Positions 54,445 to 64,000 of a stretch of 64,000 nucleotides of DNA are shown piece after piece (the first letter of the stretch is position 1; every line of letters begins with the position of its first letter). The notes below the pieces were generated by a model. It saw nothing but the letters and a program-made list of their open reading frames with translations. It had not been told where the DNA came from and searched no databases. The stretch comes from Batkoa obscura. Its lineage: Eukaryota. The stretch spans positions 124,001-188,000 of the forward strand of contig JASVEC010000019.1 in the NCBI GenBank assembly GCA_030770535.1, in the 5' to 3' direction. A program made the position numbers and the translations under genes.

Positions 54445-56153
54445 ATGCTATCTAACTTTTCTCATGAAACTCAAAAAAAATTAAATAAAGACGGATCTTT
54501 AGATGCCTCAATCTTATTCTCTATGGAAGATAATAAGGCTACCTTGGATCAATCTTTAGTTGTTTTAAAGGAATTAGAAATTTCAATGACTTGTATTAAA
54601 TCCAGACCTAATTTGATAAATCCAAATACTTGTGATGTCTTTGCTGATATTGGTACTAAAGATCATCATCTAGCTTCTAAACTGATAGATTATCTTATCT
54701 CCAAAGCTACAAATATAAAGTCAATGGAGTCTTTTCCATCTTCCGATAATGGTATTGTAACTAATTGCTCTAAAATACATATATTAAAAAAAATTAGAAA
54801 TCTTAAAAAATATACCTTGGTTCCCAAGGAAGAAAAGCGATTTGGATACTTTTGCTGAAAAAGTTTTGGGATTGGAAGAATTAGGTAACTAAGTATAAAA
54901 CAAACGAGGTTATTCAATTATATTGTCTAGATTCTCATCACCCAGGGGCCCAAGATCTTAACTATATCCAACGTCGTGACGAAATCACTAGCCTTGCAAA
55001 GGCATATAAAACGTAACTTGCGTATTAGAATTTTCATCACTGCTTGCTAAACAAAAAATAGTGGCCAACCTCTTCCTAACATTAAGTATACTGATCTTGA
55101 AATCAAAACTTGGTATTATAGCTATAAAAACAATTTAGTATCAATTAATACTTAATTAGGGGACAAGTGTACCGTCAAACGACTGCACTTTTTGAAAAAC
55201 ATGCTTGTCGGGAATACCTTGATGCTTTTTCATTATTGAAGAAAAAATGTCACCTAGATGATTCTAATATTCCACAGATTGAAGATATATCTAAATTTTT
55301 AAAAGGTAATTATATAATAAATTACAGTCCTCTTTTTACCAATTGTACTACTAGAATGTACTGGATTTACGCTTAGGCCAGTAATGGGTTTATTAACCTC
55401 AAGGGACTTTCTAAACAGTTTGGCTTTTAGGGTATTCCACTGTACCCAATACGTACGCCACCATTCAGAACCTTTCTTTTCACCAGAACCGTAACTTTAC
55501 TTTTTTTGTTTCTATTTTTTGTTCATGATTTTAGGGACGTTTGTCATGAATTACTAGGCCATGTTCCACTATTCGCTAATCCCGAGTTTGCTGCTTTTTC
55601 TCAAGAAATTGGGCTGGCTTCTTTGGGGGCTTCAGACGAGGCAATTGAAAGATTAGCTACTATCTATTGGTTTACTATTGAGTACGGGCTCTGCAAACAA
55701 GGGGACGAATTAAAAGTTTACGGTGCTGGTATACTTTCCTCTTATGGTGAAATCCAAGTAAAATTTCCTTTTTATGCTACAATCTAAAGCTTAAATTAAA
55801 TTTTTAGTATGCCATGTCCGACAAGCCTGAAAAAAGACCATTTGACCCCAAGGTTACAGCAGTCACTAAATATCCTATCATCAAGTTCCAACCTGTAAGT
55901 ATAATATTTTTAATTTGAAATTTTGAACTTACCAATTTATTAGGTTTATTATGTTGCAGAAAGCTTTAATGATGCTAAAGATAAGATACATGAATTTGCT
56001 GATTCTTTATCCCGCCCTTTCCATATAAGGTACGATCCTTACACTGAATCGGTTAAGATGCTTGATTCTAAAGAAAAACTTGCTGATTATGCAAATAGTG
56101 TTAAATGTGATTTCAAAAAGTTGATCAATACATTTGATTTCTTAAGTATATAA
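54445..56153 (+). CDS. PAH: Biopterin-dependent aromatic amino acid hydroxylase, phenylalanine-4-hydroxylase-like, with an ACT-like N-terminus
   Basis: Spliced [57 protein letters not shown] (Fe ligands), [30 protein letters not shown]. Confidence 0.93.
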
Positions 56154-57478
56154 TGTTGGTTTTATATCGTCGCTTAACAGCTTGTGTTAATTTGAATTAA
56201 TTCTATGTACCTTGAATTGAGTGTTTAAAATATTTTGTTTAATTAAATGAACCTTTAGTATTAATTTCTGATTGTTTTGAATATATATTGTACTTTTTGT
56301 TACAATTTTAATGATGAGAGGTTATTATGAATAAGAACCTTATAAAATTACAAATAAAATAGTAGAAATTCCTAATATATATATTCAAAAACTTGGTTAA
56401 AATGACAATAAAATTCAAATTTGACCTAGGTTTGAATACTTGAAATCAATCTAACCCTTTGAGTACTAAGTGTTTTATAAAAATTCTGTTTGATTGCACT
56501 ATGATTTTTAATCGATTTTATGTCAGTTAAACTAGATTTTTTGAAATTCAATACCCAAAGGGTTAACTTATTCAAACCATGTAGGCAATGGTCGTCAATT
56601 TTATCTTGATTTAAAATTACATGCAAACAATGGTCATCGATATTTAATTTTGATGAACAAAAATTTTGCGATTATTATTTGTCCACGATACTCAAGTGGT
56701 TAAGGATTTTTGTCTCATTCATCCTTTAAGTAATATAAAAGAGAAAAAATATTATTATTATTGTAATAAAAAACATTCCTGTTAGGTAGTTTCAAATTAG
56801 AAAAAAGCAGCCAATTTTATATAGTCTTTACAACTTAATTTGCAACATTTGCAAATCGAAATTGAAAAAAATTGAGCCTTGGGTTTAAACTAATACATAT
56901 TATCAAATTTCAATACTAATATTTAAAAACAGTTGTAATATAAAATCGTACTTTCTACATGGTCATATATTGTATTATAAGATAAAATCTACATCGGGAA
57001 TAGTAATAAAAGCTAATATTGTATTTGTAATAAATAAAATTTAAGATTTGATCGTTATTTTTATAAATGGTTAAAAATCAATCCAGTTAAAATCAACATT
57101 TAAACAAAAAAGCTTCATAGGAGAACCAATGACCAATAAAATGACCACAAATTCCCATTAATTTGCTTTTTATAAATTGATTAGATCACCTTCCCATAGC
57201 AAATGAAATCAACCAATCAAAGGGTGAGAAACTTGAAGTTACAGTTGGCAACGAAACTTGGTTATTAAAACTAATGTTAAGCAAACACTATTAGTTAACT
57301 GGCATAACAACAGGTTAGAATTGATAAAAAAGAAAAAAAATACAGCGATTAAAATGAAATTAAAGAAAATGTCAACAAAAACAGACATGTTCACATTATC
57401 AAAATTATAATCGTTTTTTTCTTTCCTTTTTGTTTTATTTAATATTTATTAGCACTATTTTTTTATCAGTTTATTATT

Positions 57479-58695
57479 ATGGGTGCAAAACAAAGTAGAG
57501 AATTTCAAGACCTTAGTTTAGCTCAATACTATAATAACCATGCAATGGAAGTTGAAAAGGACTTGAACTTTAAGGATATTCATTTTAAACAAATTCAATC
57601 TTTTCAACAACTGACTTTATGCTCTCGTCGTATCTTTCATCTATCAGAAAACATTGGATTATTAAAGTCCTTAATTTATATACAACTGTAAGTTATTGTC
57701 CCTATTTTATTATCTAAAACTAATCCTAGTTATTTAGATGTTGTAATGAGTTGGTAGAGCTACCACGGGAAATAGGCCATCTAAATAATTTGACCGTGCT
57801 AGATCTTAGTAAAAACCAACTAAGAAAGTTACCAGATACAATAGGCTGTTTATTAAAATTAAAAGAACTTAAATTAAACCAAAATCAATTGACATATTTG
57901 CCACGTAGTATAGGCAACTTAAAGAAACTAAATGTTCTAAATTTGAGTAACAACAATATCAAGTATATACCAAAAGACTTGGGAAAGTTGATCAATCTAA
58001 TTAACTTGGATTTGAGTCATAATCCGGTAAAAGTGATACCAGCAGAGATTGCTCAGTTACAATTTTTGAGAAAGCTAAAACTTGAAAGCTGTCCACTATG
58101 GTCAGTTGAGGATATTAAAGAAATTGAAGACAAAAAAGAGTGGGACCGTGAGCCTCTAAGTTTAAAGGAAATCTGTGCTAGAGCGGTTTATACCGGTAAG
58201 GTACAAATCGAGTTAACAAAATTACCTGAAAAATTATATCATTATTTACTAAACGTCGAAAAGTGTACATTTTGTCATGGACCCTATTTTCAAAGCTATG
58301 TGTTAAGAAATAGATGTATTGAAAAAAATGAGCAACAGGTTCCATTAGAATACCGATTATGTACGAATCACTGGAATAATGATAAGGAAAGGTTATCCTT
58401 ATTATTTTGTGGTTCCCCAATGGCCATGTCACCACAGTCCCATGATACTAGTGGAAGACACAGTTTAAATCAAAGACCAGCCAATTTAGAATTACCAACT
58501 AGCCAAAGGGGACTAAAAAAATTCCAGTTTTCTAGATCCATGAATAGGCTTCAACAGCCTTTATTAACGGAGCTTGTTGAAAAACCCCCCAGTTTGCCAC
58601 TTTTACCTAATTATACACTGAACTCAGTTGTGGTTCGTTCACTTGCAAGGACTTCCTTTTCCTCAAGAAGATCCCTTTCTATCTATGTACCTTAA
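57479..58695 (+). CDS. Leucine-rich repeat protein with an LRRC58/LRRC28-like C-terminal module
   Basis: MGAKQS start, ~7 LRRs (LPREIGHLNNLTVLDLSKNQL), PLSLKEICAR, C-x2-C-GPYF...PLEYRLC. One intron ~57688-57738. Confidence 0.8.
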
Positions 58696-58969
58696 AACCC
58701 TACTTTTAACTAACTTTTACATCACGTATAATAAACAAATAAATAATTTATTTTTGTATAGAAATTTGGTTTTTTACCATTTAATGAAATTTGCTAAAAT
58801 TTCTAAATCTTAATTTTAAAATACGCACTTAGAATATGTTTATTAAATGAAATCTGAAACTTTGAAATTTATTTTCTTTCTTTTATAAATTTGAATAGTG
58901 GATTTTATACGATATCAACTAGTATTGCTATTAATAACTTAAAAGAGTAGAAGTAATTTAATAGCTCAA

Positions 58970-60230
58970 ATGACAGAGGAGGATTTAGAATTGGAAAGGT
59001 TAAAGAAGGAGTTATTAGGAGATGATGTAAAACCAATAGTGAATGATGTAAGGAATATACTATACGTGTTTTTAAGTTGACTAATCAAATGAACAGTTAA
59101 AAAAGGATTCAAACATATCTCAGAACTCAAAAGAGAATATTGATAGTCAAAAAAGTAATAAATTGATAGAAATCTGATTTGACTTAGTCTCGATTTAACA
59201 AAAGAGTATTAACAAATATCATAGATAATGAAGTAAAATCACCAATCCAGCTTCAGTATAATATTGGAGATTATTTGATGATGAAACAAGACCCAAAAGT
59301 AAAGGATAGGGAAGAAAAAGTTATAATACAAATTATATCCATGAATAAAAAGTAATAAATTAACATATAAACATCATTATTGACTTATGATTTAGAGACA
59401 ACACATTTACTGGAGCAATATTTAAAAAACCGGATGAAGTTAAAATAGATAAGCCCATTGATTACATGAATAACGAAATAATAGCAGTAGCTAGAGCGGA
59501 GGTATTTTCTGTTGATCAAGCTATCAAACGATGCACAGTGATGCAACCTAAAGTCCGACATCCTTCTAGTTTTTTTGGTCAAGATGTTTACATTGTTCGT
59601 TTTTATCTGGATGAAAAAACAAGCCTATTGACAGATCTTACTGGAGCAGCTAATACTAGTGAGCCAGTAAATAAAAAGGTAAATTAAATAAATAATTATG
59701 GTCAAAATTTACCCATTTTTTAGCGTGATAGTACAGCTACCGATATTCAGTTACCAGCTAAAAAAGTAAATTTGGAGCATAACATATCAATAGGGGATAG
59801 TAAAAAAGCTAGAAAGGAGGTGGCAAGTTTTATATTAACGTGTTTAATTTTGACTAATTTAACAATAACAAATAGAACACTAGTTATAACTTACAAAGGA
59901 AAAATAAGGTAAGACAAATACCAACTAGTTTTTCAGTTATTTTAACTAAAAAATAGTCAACGGTGAATTCCGAGAAAGCTCATAGCTTAGCAAGCCTTGG
60001 AGACCAAAGAAGGTTTACTTCTAAACAATATGAACAATTTATTCAGGAATACAGAAATGTCAAAGGTAACATTGGTTTATTTTTAATTATCACGTTTCAT
60101 CTTTTTAGTCGATCCTACTTCTAACGAAGAAACAATTTGGTTTGATTCTCCCCCCGTGCTCTTTAGGGATACAAAACCTACCCTTTCATTATCTTACTTA
60201 AAGTTTAGGTCCGATAAAGCAGAGTTATAG
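58970..60230 (+). CDS. Small BAH-domain protein, RSC1/RSC2-like C-terminus (many exons)
   Basis: Spliced YNIGDYLMMK...IIQIISM...KKPDEV...NEIIAV..FSVDQAIKRCTVM...DVYIVRFY (BAH), and a last exon IWFDSPP...LSLSYL. Confidence 0.65.
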
Positions 60231-60593
60231 TAAATTTCAATAATACATGTGTTCTATTTTGTATATTTTTTTACTTTTCAACATATTTTTATTATTAATT
60301 AGTATTATTACAACATTATTTATTGAAGTCTAATTTGGCTTGGTTTTTAAAAGTTTATAAATTTAATATCTAGAAATAATAATTATAAAAAAATTGAAAT
60401 TGTAAATAATATGAAAGCACCTTCTCTTACCCCATTACTCTTTCCGCTTTTGATGTAGTAAAGGATTTATAACTATTGCTAATAAATATTTGAAAAAAAT
60501 GAATCAAAAAAATGAATCTGGTTCTATGATAATGTTATTGATATAACATCTTCACACTTTATAATATTTTTTAAGTATATTAAGTAAGCTAAG

Positions 60594-60665
60594 TCTCGGG
60601 TAGTATAGTGGTGAGTATCCCCGCCTGTCACGCGGGAGACCGGGGTTCAATTCCCCGCTCGAGAG
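60594..60665 (+). tRNA. tRNA-Asp(GTC), intronless
   Basis: Acceptor stem TCTCGGG/CTCGAGA, anticodon arm CCCGC-CTGTCAC-GCGGG, T-arm CGGGG-TTCAATT-CCCCG, discriminator G. Confidence 0.97.
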
Positions 60666-60668
60666 TAG

Positions 60669-60674
60669 TTTTTT
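60669..60674 (+). terminator. Pol III oligo-T terminator
   Basis: T-run 3 nt after the tRNA 3' end. Confidence 0.75.
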
Positions 60675-60974
60675 GAATCCAAATGCTGTTCATGATAAAA
60701 TTGGAATTGTTTTTGATAATATAGTTGAAGGAAACAAGTTAATCAAGGTTTCATGATGTCGTCTACTATAACTTATTCAATATATCTTTAAAAATTGGAA
60801 ATCTATTTATTAAATTATATGAGATTTTTACAACCACTATGTATAAAATAGAGCTTTTGGTGTAGTGTTTAATACAATGAGTTTATTATAACTATATCAA
60901 TTTATCCAAGATCTTATGCTTTTTTCTTGGATAAATTAGATGCATATATCTGAAAACAAAATTATTAAAGCATA

Positions 60975-61075
60975 TGAGGATGTATTTTTTTGTTTAAGAA
61001 TTTTGCTACTAAATTTTCCACTCAAATGGCGCTTAAAAAATGGAAAAAATAACGAAACCAAAAAAAGCATCTTCA
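60975..61075 (-). mobile_element. MITE family A copy (reverse)
   Basis: ta|tgaggatgtattttt...aaaagcatcttca|ta. Confidence 0.82.
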
Positions 61076-62701
61076 TATAGTAAATAGATAAATAGTATTT
61101 AATTTAGAATTGAACAGAATATTGTGCCATATAGTTATTAAACTTATTAACCTAATTTGAAAACAAAATACATTTTTCAAGCTTTTGTTAATTTATGGTA
61201 ATCATATTAAAATTTATCAACAAATTGATTTCTTTTAAAATAGTACTGCTAAGGTATAAAATTGAATTAATATATCTTAGATATTGATAAAAAAGATAAT
61301 TAGAATATATAAAATATATGAATATTAAGGCTGAGTGACTCGAAAGTAAATAACTGGATGTTATAAAAGACGACTATACCATGCATAAATAATGGAACTA
61401 AGGGCTATAAAATTAATCTGTAAAGAGTATAATACTCTAATATAAGTCCTCTGTTATCAGAATCATGAGTTAATATTAGTACTTCTTTTTTTATTAAACA
61501 ACGACCTATCAAAATATATATACTTATTGTTACTATTACTAAAATACTAACTGAAAAATATCTATAAAATATACACTATTACACTAGATCGCTATTATAT
61601 TTATATCTATAATATTCTTCGGTTTCTATTTTATTACCTATGATAGGCAATAGACTTATAAAAGATATCAATAATGGAACTATGAAAATAAAACACTCGG
61701 CGATTTTTTTATATTGTGCTGATATTTTATATTTAGTAAATAAACTATACCCATTCCTGTTGAATAATATGATGAGATTGGTATACTAGATGAGCTGAAC
61801 TATTGATATAAATAGCATAATAACGGAATCACATTACTTGGTACTGACGGAAAGAATGTGGTTAAACAAAACACAAGACCGCTTAGTAATATACAAATTG
61901 ATAATCTAGAAGTAGTCAAATGATGTATTTGTTCATTATTGTATGAAATTAGAGTAAATAATAGAAAACAAGAGATAATTGAAGTGAAATTGAAGCAGAA
62001 AAATAATAAAGGGTGAGTTAAATAAAACTGATATTAAAGCTCATTTGTAAAATGCAGAAATAAAATAAAACAAAATAATTTGCTCTAATTCTAGTCATGT
62101 AATATGCCCTTGTGATATTTGAATTACTTTTATATGTTGTGATATCTTGGTATTTTAGTTCATCAAACCTATTTTGATCCCTTTCAATATGCCAATTTTG
62201 TTTATTTTCGATATTTTTATTAGTTAAAGCAATGAAACTATTATTTGATCTTTACAATGATACGTTTTTGCCAAAATTGATATAGAGATGTCCAAATTTG
62301 TTTTAGAATTTGTTTAAAATTAATCTGAATTTTAGGCCTTTAAATTTACATTAATTTTAACTATTGATAATAACCCGGAGTTTATGATATTTTATAACAA
62401 GGTAAAAAAAGTCATATTAAAATTTACTATTAATAATAATAAACTTAGATAAGTAATACATAAAACTAACATTTCAAAAGGAACAGGGAACAAAAATCAG
62501 CAAGTAATATTATTGCCAACTATAGCTTTAGTATATTTTTTTGATAAATATAAAGGTTTTAGATTTAATATAAAAACCAATATGATTATTTAAAATAGTT
62601 AATAATAATAAAATACTAACATCACAATTTATTACTAAAAATACAAAAAAACTAGAGATAAGCAAATTAAAGCATTATATAATACTTAATAAAACAATAT
62701 A

Positions 62702-62801
62702 TGGGAGTGTTTTTTTTAACTTCATTATCTTTTTCATTTTTAAGCACTATTTAAGCGGAAAAATTGTTATTAAAATTCTTAAACATAAAAATACATCCTC
62801 A
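62702..62801 (+). mobile_element. MITE family A copy
   Basis: ta|tgggagtgttttt...aaaaatacatcctca|ta. Confidence 0.87.
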
Positions 62802-63445
62802 TATATTTCGATAACTTAGAAAGTAAAATAATAGCTGAATTAGTATATTTTAAATATAAAGTAAATATAGCAATAGAAAATAAAATAGTAATAAAAAATC
62901 TTTTAATAAAAATAAACTATATCTATTTTATATTTATATTTAAAAAATAATAGGCAAAGTTTGTTTTGATCATTTATTTGAAATATTAAACTGTAATTTA
63001 GTATATACAACTATCAATTAATTTAACATTTAAAAAGCTTTGTTTAAAAAGTGTAAAAAATAAGAAAACTAAAAGGTTAGCCTCAGCTTTTTTTATAAAA
63101 CAACTGGAACCTTAAAAGTTTTAATATTAAGCAAACAAATAACTTATTAGATATTAGTATTACTTAAATTGTTATAATCAAGTTAATAAACAACTAAAAA
63201 TCAAACAGTTACAATAATAGATAAGGGTTATTATTACATTGTCTATATTATATAAAAATAATCAATTATAGCCTTGGAGTTAACTATTCTCTTTTATACA
63301 GCCATTTATTAATTTAGTAATATACTAATAATGTAATTATATCATTAAAGTAATTAATCTTTTGTTTATTTATAAAGTCAACGTTTAATAGTTGGAGTTA
63401 AAAGCAGTTTTTGCTTAATTAACTAGCTATAAATTAAAAAGCTTG

Positions 63446-63913
63446 TGTAAAATATCGCTTTTTCAGCTCTATGATCGATTATAATATAACAATTACTTAA
63501 GTCGTTATGTTCTTGAGTCCAGGTACAATCAATCCTGAGCCTTTTATTTTAATTTTATATGTGGAATTTATGTTACGTAAGTCCGAAGGATATTATCTTC
63601 CATTTTGATATCCATACTTATTGTAGTATAAAAGGGATTCTTCAGCATAATGTAGCTCGAAGCTTCTTAATTAAATTATTCACTGATACCCCGTACCTTT
63701 AATAAAGTCATTGAACCTTTCTGATAGTATTTTAGGTAGATTTTACATTAGTATTATCTATTATATTTGTCTCACATAGTCGATAGCCTACTATATGATA
63801 TTCCTCATAGTTCAAGTCTATCTTAGTTATAGAAAGTAAGGCCTTTCAACTTGCGACTAGTTAATCAAGCAAAAAGTATCTTTAGCTCTAGCCACTGAGT
63901 ATCAGACTTCACA
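63446..63913 (+). mobile_element. Diverged solo-LTR-like element (older copy or subfamily, 468 bp)
   Basis: tgtaaaatatcgcttt...cactgagtatcagacttcaca, colinear with the 464-bp copy but with many substitutions. No TSD is visible. Confidence 0.75.
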
Positions 63914-64000
63914 ACAGTTATTAATTTTATTGTTTTTTGATAAAAATTTTAATTAACTTTTATTTTTAAAATAAAATAAAGTGATGAAATTATAAAAAAT

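Noticed and set aside
1566..60230. U12-type (AT-AC) or GC-AG introns
   Set aside because: All introns I traced could be explained as GT-AG (a few with AAG acceptors). No GTATCCTT/ATATCCTT donors were noticed at the traced junctions.
61660..61923. Possible decayed retrotransposon protease fragment (AIFLYCADILYL...ITLLGTDGKNVV)
   Set aside because: There is no intact D(T/S)G, stops intervene, and the similarity is too faint without a TBLASTN/HMM search.
778..62801. CRISPR array or tandem satellite interpretation of the recurring ~100-bp unit
   Set aside because: Copies are dispersed, in both orientations, with TIRs and a TA duplication. There is no repeat-spacer periodicity and the context is eukaryotic.

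Overview
Very AT-rich, gene-dense eukaryotic DNA with many short (~45-70 nt) GT-AG introns. The gene set (animal-type PAH, MFSD5, ARMC8, SAP18, LRRC58-like) suggests an early-diverging fungus, possibly Zoopagomycota/Entomophthoromycotina (inference). About 21 protein genes are supported: DCAF4-like WD40, class-3 lipase, CLF1, a Sororin-like protein head-to-head with MCM4, TIM22, ESS1/PIN1, ARMC8/GID5, SLM3/mnmA, SAP18, ATG6, MFSD5, SPO71-like, CCT8, GGT, JSN1-like PUF, a tandem PRXL2-like pair, phenylalanine hydroxylase, an LRRC58-like LRR protein and a bromodomain-less RSC1/2-like BAH protein. There is also one tRNA-Asp(GTC). Repeat islands (7.6-10.5, 28-31, 41, 61-64 kb) separate the gene blocks. 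They hold ~15 copies of a ~101-bp TA-flanked MITE, six TG...CA solo-LTR-like elements (400/464/567 bp variants) and a 214-bp foldback element. The most interesting observations are a tail-to-tail LTR palindrome whose target-site duplications only match if the 6-bp spacer is flipped, a MITE-carrying LTR present twice, a cryptic Sororin-like cohesin regulator revealed by a short spliced last exon, and a mosaic (gene-conversion-like) PRXL2 tandem pair. Exon boundaries were read by eye and CDS coordinates span introns.
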